Shown: positions 16,779 to 27,492, numbered from the stretch's first letter. The stretch is 64,000 nucleotides of DNA from Allosphingosinicella sp. (GCA_036399975.1 DASWLZ010000037.1:37900-101899), one strand, 5' to 3'. Numbers and translations are program-made. The notes: a model not told the origin generated them from the sequence alone.

Positions 16779-19691
16779 CTAGAACTTGAACCGCGTGCCG
16801 ATCCAGAACTGGCGCCCGGTATGGTGGACGACGCTCAGGCGATCGGCGGCGCTGTCGATATATTGATCGGTATATTCGTCGGTGAGGTTGATCGCCTCCA
16901 GAGTGATCGAGAAATTGTCGTTGATCTTGTAGGACGCCGACGCGTCGATGTTGACCGTGCCGTGGGTCCCCTCGACGTCGTTGAAGGTCGGCTGCCCGGC
17001 ATTGGGATTGAACACCGGCCCGTTGCCGGGCGCGACTCCGTTGCGGCCGGGCACGTTGGTGAGATAGCCGCTGCGATAGGCCACCGAGCCGCGAACCGAG
17101 AGCCGGTCGTCCTCATAATAGAGGGTGGCGTTGGCGCCGTGGCGGGAGAGGTTGACCAGGCTCTGGGTGACCACCGGAGCGCCGGGCGTGTTGGCCAGCG
17201 GATATTCGATGTTCGATTTGACGTAGGTGTAGTTCGCCTGGATGCCGAGGTTGGAGAGCGGCCCGGGCAGGAAGCGGAAGGGCGACTGGAAGCCGATCTC
17301 GAAGCCTTTCACCTTGCCGCCTTCGCTGTTCACCGGCTGGGTGACCGTGAAGAGGTCGGTCGGCTGGACGTTGGTTCCCGCCAGCAGCGCGTCCGGAAGG
17401 CCGAGCTGGTTGAAGGGGATGCTCTGCGTGCTGGTCGCGACGAAGCTCGAGATATCCTTGTAGAACAGGCCGAGGATGATCGCGGACTCGCGGGCGAAAT
17501 AATATTCGAGCGAGAAGTCGACGTCCGTGGCCTTGGTCGGCTCGATGAACGGGTTGCCCAGCGTCAGCGTGCGGTTGCCGCCGCTGATCGAGAAGGAGCC
17601 GCCGGGATTGACCGTGCCGATGTCCGGACGTGCGAGCACCTTGGCGGCGGCGACCCTGGCGATCAGCCCGTCGGCCAGCTCGAAGCTGAAATTGGCCGAA
17701 GGCAGCCAGTCGTCGTAGCTGCGCTCGATCTCGATCAGGGTGAAGCCGTTGGGGGTGTTCTGGTAGCCGCTCGAGCGCTGCTTGGTCTCGACGTAGCGGA
17801 CGCCGGCATCGGCCTTGACGGGGATCGAGCCGATCTGCCCGTCGAACACCGCCTGGATGTAGCCCGCGACGTCGCGCTCGTGGACGGTCCGGAAATTGCC
17901 CCGCGCCGACGCATTCTCGATGCCGGTGAGCGCGAAGCGGCCGGAGTTCGAGTAGATGTTGAGGTTGCTTGCGAAGGCGGCGAGATCGGGGATGACGAAG
18001 GTGCCGGGCGTTCCCCCGAGCGGCGTCTTCGAGCTGAACGAATAGAGGGTGCTGAGCGGGCCGAGCTGCCCGGCGGGGACGAGGCCGGCGACGTCGGTCT
18101 CGCTGGTCCGGCGATATTCCTCCGAGCTGAACTTGTATTTCTTCCAGTCGCCGCCGATCCGAAGCTTCAGGCCATCGGCCGCGTCGAACTCGAGCTGGGC
18201 GCGCGCCACCTTGAAATCATTGTCGACATATTGCGGCCGGAGGCGGATTTCGCCGAGCACGAAGCTGGCCGGGTTGGTGACGTCGAGGCTGCCGTAGTTG
18301 AAGGTCGGGAAACGCGAGCCCGAGAAGTCGTAGGAATAGCCCTGGACGTTGTTCGCATCGAGCGCGACCGTGGTCTGGATCGGGTTGGCGAACTCGGACT
18401 TGGAATAGCCGGCGAGCGCGTCGAGGCGCAGCCGGTCGCCGAAATCCTGGTGAAGCGAGCCGGTATATTGCTGGAACGTGGTCTCGAGACGGTCGAAGCG
18501 CGACTCCACGCGGATATCGACATTGTTGAAGGTGCCGGAGACGAGGCTGTTGGTCGAATCGACCACCGCGCCCGGACGGATCACGGTCTGCGGCTTGCCG
18601 GTGCCCGAGCGGCTGAACGAGATCGCCTCCAGATATTGCTCGGTGCGGTCGGATTTGAAGTTCGCGTAGAGCGCGTCGAAGGTGAGCAAGGTCGAGTCGG
18701 CAGGCTGGAACTGGAGCGAGCCGGTCAGCCCCAGCCGCTTGGTCTTGTAGCGATAGCTGTCGTAGCGCGGGATCCGCGGGTGGAAGAAGGCGAAGTTGGT
18801 CGCTCCCGCCGGCAGGGTCGAGGCGGCCGCGAAGCCGCCATTGTCGGTGCCGCGCTCCCAGCGGACCGTCGAGGGCCCCTCCTCCAGGATGCCACGCTCG
18901 CTGTACGCGGCGGAGAGGAGGACCCCGACCTTCCCGTCGGCGAACTTGGCCGCGAACAGGCCGGTGAGCCGCGGGTCGGTCTCTTTCGAGAGGTCGTTGT
19001 AGCCGAGCTGCGCGGAGCCGGCGATCGTCATGTCGGCGCGATAGTCGAAGGGGCGAGCGGTGGCGAGGTCGACAGTGGCGCCGAGCGAGCCTTCCTCGAC
19101 GTCGGCCGAGGCGCTCTTGCGGACCGTGATCGAGTTGAACAGCTCTGAGGCGAAGACGTTGAAGTCGAACTGGCGGCCGCGATTGGCGCCGCCGCTCGAA
19201 TCGGCGCCGCCGGTGGTCGAAAGGCCCTCGATGCCGTTGATCCGCACCCGGGTGAAGATCGGGCCGAGGCCGCGGACGGTGATGTTGCGCCCCTCGCCCT
19301 GGTCGCGGGTGATGGCGACCCCCGGCACGCGCTGGATCGACTCCGCCAGGTTGTTGTCCGGGAAATCGGCGATGTCCTCGGCCTTGATGACGTCGATGAT
19401 CCCGGTCGCCTCGCGCTTCTCGCTGAGCGACCGGCGCAGCGACGCGCGATAGCCGGTGATGACGATGTCTTCCTCGCCGGCCGTCGCCGCCGGATCGTTG
19501 TTGGCGGCCGCGTCTTCCGCATTGGGCACGCCGTCCCCTTCCGCGCCCTGAGGAGAGGTGGCCGGAAGGTTCGCGCCGCTGTCCTGCGCGTGAGCGGGAG
19601 CCGCCGCGATCAGCCCGCCGGCGATCAGCGAGGCAGCCCCGAGCAGCCGCGCCATACGAAACTTCCGAGTCCCGTCCTCCAAATTCGTCAT
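16779..19691 (-). CDS. TonB-dependent receptor (pectin locus)
   Basis: Signal peptide, IVITG TonB box, DFPDNNLAESIQRVPGV plug, C-terminal Phe. Confidence 0.93.
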   Translation of the reverse strand: MTNLEDGTRKFRMARLLGAASLIAGGLIAAAPAHAQDSGANLPATSPQGAEGDGVPNAEDAAANNDPAATAGEEDIVITGYRASLRRSLSEKREATGIIDVIKAEDIADFPDNNLAESIQRVPGVAITRDQGEGRNITVRGLGPIFTRVRINGIEGLSTTGGADSSGGANRGRQFDFNVFASELFNSITVRKSASADVEEGSLGATVDLATARPFDYRADMTIAGSAQLGYNDLSKETDPRLTGLFAAKFADGKVGVLLSAAYSERGILEEGPSTVRWERGTDNGGFAAASTLPAGATNFAFFHPRIPRYDSYRYKTKRLGLTGSLQFQPADSTLLTFDALYANFKSDRTEQYLEAISFSRSGTGKPQTVIRPGAVVDSTNSLVSGTFNNVDIRVESRFDRLETTFQQYTGSLHQDFGDRLRLDALAGYSKSEFANPIQTTVALDANNVQGYSYDFSGSRFPTFNYGSLDVTNPASFVLGEIRLRPQYVDNDFKVARAQLEFDAADGLKLRIGGDWKKYKFSSEEYRRTSETDVAGLVPAGQLGPLSTLYSFSSKTPLGGTPGTFVIPDLAAFASNLNIYSNSGRFALTGIENASARGNFRTVHERDVAGYIQAVFDGQIGSIPVKADAGVRYVETKQRSSGYQNTPNGFTLIEIERSYDDWLPSANFSFELADGLIARVAAAKVLARPDIGTVNPGGSFSISGGNRTLTLGNPFIEPTKATDVDFSLEYYFARESAIILGLFYKDISSFVATSTQSIPFNQLGLPDALLAGTNVQPTDLFTVTQPVNSEGGKVKGFEIGFQSPFRFLPGPLSNLGIQANYTYVKSNIEYPLANTPGAPVVTQSLVNLSRHGANATLYYEDDRLSVRGSVAYRSGYLTNVPGRNGVAPGNGPVFNPNAGQPTFNDVEGTHGTVNIDASASYKINDNFSITLEAINLTDEYTDQYIDSAADRLSVVHHTGRQFWIGTRFKF

Positions 19692-19731
19692 CCTGCCCTC
19701 CTTGCGGCGCGCTCCCGGCGCAACCTACTTA

Positions 19732-19745
19732 TGACACCGGTGTCT
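19732..19745. promoter_or_regulatory. LacI-type operator TGACACCGGTGTCT
   Basis: Palindromic motif upstream of the TonB receptor; recurs 9 times in the locus. Confidence 0.8.
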
Positions 19746-19878
19746 ATTTCTCCGGCAAAGTGCAGGCGAGAAGGTTCGTCGAACGGCTTGGGAGGCCCCA
19801 CGACGGCCCCGCTCACGGCTCATCCTCTCGCCCGGCGCCCGTCTTATCCGGCGGGTCGCCTCCCGGTTGCCTCTTTTG

Positions 19879-19892
19879 AGTAACCGGTGTCA
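19879..19892. promoter_or_regulatory. LacI-type operator AGTAACCGGTGTCA
   Basis: Motif copy upstream of the PL1 pectate lyase. Confidence 0.75.
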
Positions 19893-19956
19893 TAAGGGTG
19901 TGATCCGGGACCGCCTTTCTGTCAAGGGCCGCCCGCTGAAGAGGAAAGTTCGGACC

Positions 19957-21303
19957 ATGCGGCTGTTGGCCATTGCCTTGCTCTCGTTGCTCGCACTCGC
20001 GCCTGCCGCCGCCTCGGCCCAGGCCTTTCCCGGCGCCGTCGGCTGGGCGGCCGCGACTCCGGGCGGGCGCGGCGGAGCGACCGTCCGGGTGACCAACCTC
20101 AACGCCTCCGGCCCCGGCTCCTTCCGGGCGGCGCTGGAGACGAAAGGGCCGCGGATCGTGGTCTTCGAGGTGGGAGGGGTCATCGACCTCCGCCGAACCA
20201 CGTTGACCGTCGAGGCGCCGTTCCTCACCATCGCAGGCCAGACGGCACCCTCGCCCGGGATCACGATCGTCCGCGGCGGGATCGACATCAAGACCCACGA
20301 CGTGATCGTCCGCCACATAAGGATCCACACCGGGGTGGACGGCCAGCCCCAGCGCAGCGGTTGGGAGGCGGACGCCTTGTCCACGGTCGGCGCGTCGAAC
20401 GTCATCGTCGACCATTGCACGATGATCTGGGCCATCGACGAGAATCTCTCCGCCTCCGGCCCCCGCTTCACAGGCTCGGGCGTGGAGGAGTGGCGGCGCG
20501 GCACCAGCCGGAACGTCACCTTCTCCTACAATCTGCTGGCGGAAGGGCTTCGCTACGCCAGTCACCCCAAAGGCGAGCATTCGAAGGGCTCGCTGATCCA
20601 CGACAATGCCACCGGGATCCTCATCTACCGCAACCTCTACGCCCACAATCAGGAGCGCAATCCTCTGCTCAAGGGCGGGGTCCAGGCCGCCGTGGTCAAC
20701 AACTTCATCTACAATCCCGGCGCCCGGGCCATTCACTACAATCTGATGGCGCTCGAATGGGGCGAGCAGCCCTATCAGACCGGCGAGCTCAGCGCCGTCG
20801 GCAACGTCCTTCGCGGCGGCCCCGACACCCGCTCCGACATGTCGTTCCTGGCGATCGGCGGCGCCGGCGACCTTCGCTTCCACGGCCGCGACAACATCGC
20901 CACCGACCAGGAAGGGAAGCCGCTGCCCATGCTCGGCCGCTACACGACCGGGCCGGCCAGGATCGTCGAGAGCCGGGCGCCGGTGGTCTGGCCGCGGGGC
21001 CTGCCGGTGATGCCCGCGCGCGAGGTCGAGGCGCATGTGCTCGCCTGGGCCGGAGCGCGGCCGTGGGACCGGGACCATCAGGAGATACGCATCACCTTCG
21101 ACGTCGCCGAGGGACGCGGCGAGATCATCGACGACGAGAAGGAGGTCGGCGGCTTCCAGAAGGTCACTCCGACCCGGGCGCCCTTCCGCGAATTGGATTG
21201 GGACCTGGCGACGATGGAACCGAGGTCCGGCCGCTACCCGGGCCAGAAGGAGGGCTACATCGCCCAGCCCACCACCGCCCGCGACCGGGAGATGCGGCGG
21301 TAG
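19957..21303 (+). CDS. Pectate lyase, PL1 family, secreted
   Basis: Signal peptide; AFPGA.GW...TPGGRGG, GSFR, AGQTAP, IVDHC, IDE, RNP. Confidence 0.88.
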   Translation: MRLLAIALLSLLALAPAAASAQAFPGAVGWAAATPGGRGGATVRVTNLNASGPGSFRAALETKGPRIVVFEVGGVIDLRRTTLTVEAPFLTIAGQTAPSPGITIVRGGIDIKTHDVIVRHIRIHTGVDGQPQRSGWEADALSTVGASNVIVDHCTMIWAIDENLSASGPRFTGSGVEEWRRGTSRNVTFSYNLLAEGLRYASHPKGEHSKGSLIHDNATGILIYRNLYAHNQERNPLLKGGVQAAVVNNFIYNPGARAIHYNLMALEWGEQPYQTGELSAVGNVLRGGPDTRSDMSFLAIGGAGDLRFHGRDNIATDQEGKPLPMLGRYTTGPARIVESRAPVVWPRGLPVMPAREVEAHVLAWAGARPWDRDHQEIRITFDVAEGRGEIIDDEKEVGGFQKVTPTRAPFRELDWDLATMEPRSGRYPGQKEGYIAQPTTARDREMRR

Positions 21304-21333
21304 AGGATATCCACTTGGGGTAGCGCTTCGATC

Positions 21334-21443
21334 AACCCCTCTCCCCTGCGGCGAGAGGGCAGGGTGAGGGGGTTCGGCGTCGGAGCGTATCCTCGGACTC
21401 AGAGCCCCCTCACCCCAACCCTCTCCCCGCAGGCTACAGGGGC
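21334..21443. repeat. CIR/REP-like palindromic element between convergent genes
   Basis: CCCTCTCCCC..GAGAGGG, GGGTGAGGGG / CCCCTCACCC arms, central GACTC. Confidence 0.75.
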
Positions 21444-21467
21444 CAGTGCCCCGTTCCTCGCCCCGGC

Positions 21468-23003
21468 CTAGCTCCCCGGCTGGATGTAGGGCACCCGGGC
21501 GAAAAGCTCCCGCTCCCACCGCCTCGGGTCGTTCTCGGCCCGGCTGGCGACGTCGAAGATCATCGTCGCCCGCTCCGGCAGGGCGTAGACCGGCCAGCGG
21601 GGCGTTCCGCCGCGATTGGGGTCGCCGCGCTTCGCCATGGCGATGAAAGTGTCCATCATCTTCCCACTCACCGCCCGCGCGCCCGCCCCGGTGCCGGTGA
21701 TAGAGCCCTCCGCGTCCAGGCTTCCGAAGGCGAGCGGGATGTCGATCGTGTGCGGGGCCCCGCGCCACGGCTCGACGGGCGACTGGAAGTCGACCTGATA
21801 GACCCAGGTCATCGTCCTCGCCGCGGCCCGCGCGTCGGCCTCGACCACCTGCCCCGGCCAGGACCGGCCTGCGGTGGTCGCGGCGAAGAAGACCCGCTCC
21901 GCCGACCAGTCCGGGAAGCGCCGGCGATATTGGGAGACCACCCACTCCGGGTGGATGTCCATCCTCAGCTCCGGAGCCATCCGCTCGGCGAGGTTGGACC
22001 AGTCGAGCCCCCTGAGCTTCGGCCCCTTCGGGTCGATGAAGGCGCGGGTCTCGTCGCGAGTGTTGCCCAGGATCATCGGGATGTGGTTCGACTGCGGGTT
22101 GGAGTCCGGCCAGAAGGGGTGGCGGGTCAGCCACTTCATGTCGAGCACCGGCCCCATATAGACTCCGCCGCCGAGGATCGGGTCGGTCGCCGAGAGCCCT
22201 TCCATCAACCGCTCCAGCGGCATCCGCGGCAGCGCGTCGGCGCTCGCCTTCAGGTGCGACAGCAGGGCCCTGGCCCGGGCGGTGGCGTTGAGCGGCCCCG
22301 ACGCCGTCACCTGCTGGCCGCTCATCGTGATCGCCCGGTGGAACAGCCCCCTCGCGGCGGGCATGCCCATCAGGGTCGCGATCTTGGCGCCTCCGCCCGA
22401 CTGGCCGAAGACGAGGATCCGGGAAGGATCGCCGCCGAACGCGGCGATATTGGCCTTGATCCATTGCAGGGCGAGGATGAGGTCGAGCTGGCCGAGATTG
22501 CCGCTGTCCGGGAAGCGCGGGTCGAGCCGGGCGAGATAGAGATAGCCCAGCGCGTTGAGGCGGTGGTTGACGGTCACCACCACCGCGTCGCCGCGCGAGG
22601 CGAGGTGGCGGCCGTCGTTGAGCGGGTCGGCGACGCTGCCGGTCGAATAGGCGCCGCCGTGGAAATAGACCATGACGGGACGCCTGCCTCCGGCTCTCGC
22701 CTCCGGAGTCCAGACGTTGAGGTAGAGGCAATCCTCGCTCTGCGGCCTGTAGCGCTCCCCCCGCTGCGGAGCCGAGGGGCCGAAGGCGAGCGCGTCCAGG
22801 ATTTCGCGGCTGAGCACAGGAGGCTTGGGAGCCTGGAACCGCTCCGCGGCCCCGTATCTGATGCCGCGGAAGACGTGGAGCCCGCCCTCGCGCGCGCCGC
22901 GCACCGGGCCGAGGCTGGTCGTCACGGTCGGGTTGCCCTGGGCGAAAGCGGGAGATGCCGCCAGAGCGGCCGTGCCCGCGAGGAACAGGCGGCGGGTGAT
23001 CAT
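21468..23003 (-). CDS. Carboxylesterase type B
   Basis: Tat-like signal TRRLFL, SEDCLYLNVW, HGG, FGQSGGG nucleophile. Confidence 0.88.
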   Translation of the reverse strand: MITRRLFLAGTAALAASPAFAQGNPTVTTSLGPVRGAREGGLHVFRGIRYGAAERFQAPKPPVLSREILDALAFGPSAPQRGERYRPQSEDCLYLNVWTPEARAGGRRPVMVYFHGGAYSTGSVADPLNDGRHLASRGDAVVVTVNHRLNALGYLYLARLDPRFPDSGNLGQLDLILALQWIKANIAAFGGDPSRILVFGQSGGGAKIATLMGMPAARGLFHRAITMSGQQVTASGPLNATARARALLSHLKASADALPRMPLERLMEGLSATDPILGGGVYMGPVLDMKWLTRHPFWPDSNPQSNHIPMILGNTRDETRAFIDPKGPKLRGLDWSNLAERMAPELRMDIHPEWVVSQYRRRFPDWSAERVFFAATTAGRSWPGQVVEADARAAARTMTWVYQVDFQSPVEPWRGAPHTIDIPLAFGSLDAEGSITGTGAGARAVSGKMMDTFIAMAKRGDPNRGGTPRWPVYALPERATMIFDVASRAENDPRRWERELFARVPYIQPGS

Positions 23004-24010
23004 CGCCTGACGTCGAGCCCGCCGACCATGAACGCCTCGATGTCGCGCCCTGAGAACAGGCTGAAATCGCCGGGCAGCGAATGCTTGAGGCAGGTCAGGG
23101 CCAGGCCGGAGCGCACCGTCCATTCGAGGTCCCGGCCGGTGCGGACTCCGTGCAGTATCCCGGCCGCGAACGCATCGCCGGCGCCGATCCGGTCGACGAT
23201 TCCGGCGACGACCACCTCCTCCGTCTGGGAGGCGCCATCCGGAGTGTCGATCCGGGCGGCGATCCGGTGGCGATCGGCGTCGTCGACGTGGCGCGCGGTC
23301 GAGGCGATCATCTTCAGGTTCGGGAAGGCGCCGAAGGCGGCCAAAGCGGCTTCGCGGCGCCGGTCCGGGCCCTCGCCGCTGAACTGCGCCCCAAGCAGGA
23401 GCGAGATGTCGCGATGGTTGCCGAATAGTATTTCCGCTTTCGACACGAGCCTGGTGAGGATCGACCTCGGATCACTGTCCCACGCCGCCCAGAGCTGCGC
23501 CCGGTAGTTGCCGTCGAAAGAGATCGGGATCGAGAGCCGCCCGGCGGCCTCGGCGGCGGCGACCGCCGCTTCGGCGGAGCGCGGGCCGAGGGCGGGCGTG
23601 ATCCCCGACATGTGCAGGAGGTCGACTCCAGCGAGCAGCGAGTCCCAGTCGAAGTCGCCGGCCGAGGCGCGCGCGAAGCTGCTGTCCTGGCGGTCGTAGA
23701 AAATTTCCGACGCTCGCAGGCCCGCACCCTGGGTGAGGAAGTACAGGCCCATCCGCCCCGGCGTTCGAGCGACCCCTGAGACGTCGACACCGTGACGCCG
23801 CACCTCCCGAAGCGCCGCCTCGCCAAGCGCGTTGTCGGGAAGGGAGGTCACCATCTTCACCCGGTGGCCGAGATTGGAGAGCGCGACCCCGACATTGGCC
23901 TCCGCGCCCGCGACATAGACGTCGAGCGCGGGCTTCTGGAGCATCAGCTCGCGCCCAGGCGCGGTCATTCGAAGGAGTATCTCCCCAAAGCAGGCGACGG
24001 TACCGGTCAT
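23000..24010 (-). CDS. kdgK: 2-keto-3-deoxygluconate kinase (PfkB family)
   Basis: FGEILLR, GAEANV, FDGNYR..LW, DRIGAGDAF; gene context. Confidence 0.9.
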   Translation of the reverse strand: MTGTVACFGEILLRMTAPGRELMLQKPALDVYVAGAEANVGVALSNLGHRVKMVTSLPDNALGEAALREVRRHGVDVSGVARTPGRMGLYFLTQGAGLRASEIFYDRQDSSFARASAGDFDWDSLLAGVDLLHMSGITPALGPRSAEAAVAAAEAAGRLSIPISFDGNYRAQLWAAWDSDPRSILTRLVSKAEILFGNHRDISLLLGAQFSGEGPDRRREAALAAFGAFPNLKMIASTARHVDDADRHRIAARIDTPDGASQTEEVVVAGIVDRIGAGDAFAAGILHGVRTGRDLEWTVRSGLALTCLKHSLPGDFSLFSGRDIEAFMVGGLDVRR

Positions 24011-24022
24011 CCTTCTCTCCTT

Positions 24023-24151
24023 AAATCTCCCCGAGATTTCTCGGGGAGGGGGACCGCGCGAAGCGCGGTGGAGGGGTTCTCCGGAGGCCGCAAGTCCCCT
24101 CCACCATGCTTGGCATGGTCCCCCTCCCCTGCGAATGCAGGGGAGGATTTG
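24023..24151 (-). repeat. CIR/REP-like palindromic element, family A copy 2
   Basis: Same arms as 16625-16754. Confidence 0.85.
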
Positions 24152-24163
24152 AATGAGTAAGAA

Positions 24164-24919
24164 TCACCGCGCCAGCCAGCCGCCGTCGACGGCGAGGATG
24201 TGGCCGTTGACGTAATCGGACGCCGAGGAAGCGAGGAACACCGCCGCTCCGCCGAGATCGGAAGGGTCGCCCCATCGGCCGGCGGGGATCCGCTCCATGA
24301 TCTGCCGGTTGCGGGTTTCGTCCGCCTGGAGTGCCGCCGTGTTGTTGGTGGCGATATAGCCGGGCGCGATGGCGTTGACGTTGATCCCCTTCGCCGCCCA
24401 TTCGTTGGCGAGAAGCTTCGTCAGCCCCGCGACTCCAGATTTCGAGGCCGTGTAGCTCGGCACCCGGATCCCGCCCTGGAAGCTCAGCATCGAGGCGATG
24501 TTGACGATCTTGCCGCGGCGCTTCGCGATCATGTGCCGCCCAGCGGCCTGGCTCAGGAAGAAGACCGACTTGAGGTTGGTGTCGATCACGGCGTCCCAAT
24601 CCTCCTCGCTGAAATCGACCGCGTCGGCGCGGCGAATGATTCCGGCGTTGTTGACCAGGATGTCGAGTCCGCCAAGCTCGCCGAGGGTCTGCTCGACCAC
24701 GTCCTGGACGGGCGCGACGGTGGAGAGATCGGCGCTGACGAGCGCGGCGCGGCGGCCGGCGGCGCGGACCAGCTCCGCCGTCTCGTCGGCGCTGGAGCGG
24801 CCGACCAGGGCGACGTCGGCGCCCGCCTGGGCGAGCGCTACCGCGATGCCCTGGCCGATGCCGGTGTTCGCGCCGGTGACGATCGCGGCTCGGCCGGTAA
24901 GGTCGAAGAGGTTGGTCAT
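24164..24919 (-). CDS. kduD: 2-dehydro-3-deoxy-D-gluconate 5-dehydrogenase
   Basis: TGANTGIG, NNAGIIRR, SMLSFQGGIRVPSYTASK, VDGGWLAR. Confidence 0.95.
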   Translation of the reverse strand: MTNLFDLTGRAAIVTGANTGIGQGIAVALAQAGADVALVGRSSADETAELVRAAGRRAALVSADLSTVAPVQDVVEQTLGELGGLDILVNNAGIIRRADAVDFSEEDWDAVIDTNLKSVFFLSQAAGRHMIAKRRGKIVNIASMLSFQGGIRVPSYTASKSGVAGLTKLLANEWAAKGINVNAIAPGYIATNNTAALQADETRNRQIMERIPAGRWGDPSDLGGAAVFLASSASDYVNGHILAVDGGWLAR

Positions 24920-24921
24920 GT

Positions 24922-24992
24922 TGTTCCCCGGCGAAGGCCGGGGTCCAGCCGCCCCGACGCAAGAACTGGGCCCCAGCCTTCGCCGGGGAACA
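24922..24992. repeat. REP-like inverted repeat
   Basis: TGTTCCCCGGCGAAGGC.GGGG.CCAG ... CTGGGCCCCAGCCTTCGCCGGGGAACA. Confidence 0.75.
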
Positions 24993-25019
24993 GGAATCGG
25001 TGCATTTCGGGCTTCGTCC

Positions 25020-25859
25020 TCACTGCAGCTGGCAGATGTCGAGGACGTTCATGTCGGTATAATCCTGGTTCTCGCCGGCCATCGCCCAGATGAAGGCATA
25101 GGCCTTGGTGCCCGCGCCCATGTGGACGGACCAGACCGGGCTGATCACCGCTTCCTCATTGGCCATGACGATCTGGCGGAGCTGGTCGCCCTGCCCCATG
25201 AAGTGGAAGACCCGGTCGTTCTCGCCGTCGAGCCCGAAGTAGAAATAGATCTCGCTCCGGCGCTCGTGGATGTGCGGCGGCATCGTGTTCCAGACGCTGC
25301 CCGGCTTCAGGACAGTCAGCCCCATGACGAGCTGGGCGCTGTCGCAAATGCCCGGGATGACGAGCTGGTAGATGGTCCGCTCGTTCGATTCCTCGAGGCT
25401 TCCCCGCTCCAGCGCATTGGCCTGCGCGATGCCAAGCTTGCGCGTCTGGAAGGCCTTATGGGCGGGGCAGGAGGCGAGATAGAAACGCGCTCCGGCGCCG
25501 GAGAAGGTCACGTCCGTCGCGCCCATGGTGACATAGAGGCAGTCCATGTTGCCAAGCTCGAAGGCCTCGCCGTCGACGGTGACGGTGCCGGGCGCCTGGC
25601 TCACGTTGACGATCGCCAGCTCGCGGCGCTCCAGGAACGGCTTGCCGGCGGCCGAGGCGGGCTCGCTCTGCTCGGGAAGGCGAACGTCGGCGCCCGCGAC
25701 CACCACCCCGCCGATGACGAACCGGTCGGCATGGGTGTAGTTGAGGACGCACTCGCCTTCGCGGAACAGCCCCTCGATCAGATACCGGTCCCTGAGCTCC
25801 TCGTTGGAGACGCACTCCATCATGTCCGGATGGGTGGCGTAATAGGTGCGTTCGTACAT
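25020..25859 (-). CDS. kduI: 5-dehydro-4-deoxy-D-glucuronate isomerase
   Basis: [45 protein letters not shown]. Confidence 0.95.
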   Translation of the reverse strand: MYERTYYATHPDMMECVSNEELRDRYLIEGLFREGECVLNYTHADRFVIGGVVVAGADVRLPEQSEPASAAGKPFLERRELAIVNVSQAPGTVTVDGEAFELGNMDCLYVTMGATDVTFSGAGARFYLASCPAHKAFQTRKLGIAQANALERGSLEESNERTIYQLVIPGICDSAQLVMGLTVLKPGSVWNTMPPHIHERRSEIYFYFGLDGENDRVFHFMGQGDQLRQIVMANEEAVISPVWSVHMGAGTKAYAFIWAMAGENQDYTDMNVLDICQLQ

Positions 25860-25891
25860 GGGAGCTCCGTTCAAAGGAGGGATGGAGAGAT

Positions 25892-25989
25892 CGTCATCCC
25901 GGGCTTGATCCGGGATCCATGAACACGGACGTCCGCGGATAATTTCCGGCATCCGTGTTCATGGATTCCGGCCTTTCGCCGGAATGACG
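25892..25989. repeat. REP-like inverted repeat (CGTCAT...ATGACG family)
   Basis: CGTCATCCCGG..ATCCATGAACACGG / CCGTGTTCATGGAT..CCGGAATGACG. Confidence 0.75.
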
Positions 25990-26002
25990 GAGAGGGGAAT
26001 GG

Positions 26003-27439
26003 TCATGCCGCCTCCGCTGCCGCCTCGTCGAGGCGGTAGGCGCGCTTGACGAGGCCGTAGGTGAGATCGTGGGCGAGCTCCGCCGCCTCCCAGTCGAGAA
26101 GGCGTCCCTCGGCGACGAGCCCGGCGAGGAAGCCGCAGTCGACCCGGCGGGCGACGTCGTGGCGGGCGGGGATAGAGAGGAAGGCGCGGGTGTCGTCGTT
26201 GAAGCCGACTGTGTTGTAGAAACCCGCCGTCTCGGTCGTCATCTCGCGGAACCGGCGCATGCCTTCGGGGCTGTCGTGGAACCACCAGGCCGGGCCCAGC
26301 TTAAGGCACGGATAATGGCCGGCGAGCGGAGCCAGCTCGCGGGCGTAAGCGGATTCGTCGAGGGTGAAGAGGATGATCGAGAGGCGGGTCTCGTTGCCGA
26401 AGCGGTCGAGCAGAGGCTTCAGCGCCCGGACGTAATCGGTGCGGGTCGGGATGTCGGCGCCCTTGTCGCGGCCGTAATGCTGGTGGAGCCAGCGATTGTG
26501 GTTGCGGAACGAGCCGGGGTGGATCTGCATCACCATCCCGTCCTCGACGCTCAGGGCCGCCATCTCGGTCAGCATCTGGGCCCGGAACAGCTCGGCATCC
26601 TCGGGCGACCAGCCGCCGGTCACGATCCGGCGGAACAGGGCCTCCTTCTCGGACTGAGTCAGGTCGGCCGTGAGCGCGGTGGGATGGCCGTGATCGGTCG
26701 CCGTGGCGCCGGCGGCGCGGAAGTCGGCGCGGCGCTTGCGATGGGCGGCGAGGTAGCCCGGCCAGGTCTCGACATCCTCCCCGCTCAGATCGCCGAAGCG
26801 GGCGAGGGCCACCCGGAAATCCTCATGCTCGGGGTCGATCACCGCGTCCGGGCGGTAGGTGGTGACCACCCTGCCCTTCCAGCCCGACCTGCGGATCGCC
26901 TGATGGTGGACGAGGTCCTCGTGCGGGCCCTCGGTGGTAGCGAGCAGCTCGATGTTGAACCGGTCGAACAGCGCCCTCGGCCGGAAGCCGGGGCTGGCCA
27001 GCGCCTCGCCGATCCGGTCGAAGCAGAGATCCGCCGTCTCGCCCTCGAGCGCCACGTCGATCCCGAAGACTTCGGCGAAGACGTGGTCGAGCCACATCCG
27101 CGAAGGCGTCCCCCGGAAGAGATAATAATGCCGGGCGAAGAGCCGCCACGCCTCGCGCGGCTCGGCCGGCGACGCGCCCGCCCGGCTCGGCACCCCCAGC
27201 CGCTCGAGCGGCACGCCCTGGCTGTAGAGCATCCGGTAGAGATAATGGTCGGGCGCGAGCAGCAGCTCGGTCGCGTTCGTCCAGGGCGCGTCGGCCGCGA
27301 ACCACTGCGGATCGGTGTGGCCGTGAGGGCTGACGATCGGCAGGCCCGCGACTCCGGCATAGAGCTCGCGCGCGATCCCCCGCACCTTCGGGTCGGCGGG
27401 AAGCAGCCGGTCGGGATCGAGCGTGAGGGGCCGGGGCAT
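26003..27439 (-). CDS. uxaC: Uronate isomerase
   Basis: SPHGHTDP, PDHY..RMLYSQG, TDHGH, WWFHDS, GFNDDTR. Confidence 0.95.
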   Translation of the reverse strand: MPRPLTLDPDRLLPADPKVRGIARELYAGVAGLPIVSPHGHTDPQWFAADAPWTNATELLLAPDHYLYRMLYSQGVPLERLGVPSRAGASPAEPREAWRLFARHYYLFRGTPSRMWLDHVFAEVFGIDVALEGETADLCFDRIGEALASPGFRPRALFDRFNIELLATTEGPHEDLVHHQAIRRSGWKGRVVTTYRPDAVIDPEHEDFRVALARFGDLSGEDVETWPGYLAAHRKRRADFRAAGATATDHGHPTALTADLTQSEKEALFRRIVTGGWSPEDAELFRAQMLTEMAALSVEDGMVMQIHPGSFRNHNRWLHQHYGRDKGADIPTRTDYVRALKPLLDRFGNETRLSIILFTLDESAYARELAPLAGHYPCLKLGPAWWFHDSPEGMRRFREMTTETAGFYNTVGFNDDTRAFLSIPARHDVARRVDCGFLAGLVAEGRLLDWEAAELAHDLTYGLVKRAYRLDEAAAEAA

Positions 27440-27492
27440 CTTCGTCCTAAACGCGCTTGGAGCCGATGGTCTCCGCAATCTTTCCAATCTTC

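Noticed and set aside
23998-24010. ACCGGT near the kdgK start as a tenth operator
   Set aside because: Lies inside the coding sequence and the flanks do not fit the TGAC/GTCA spacing
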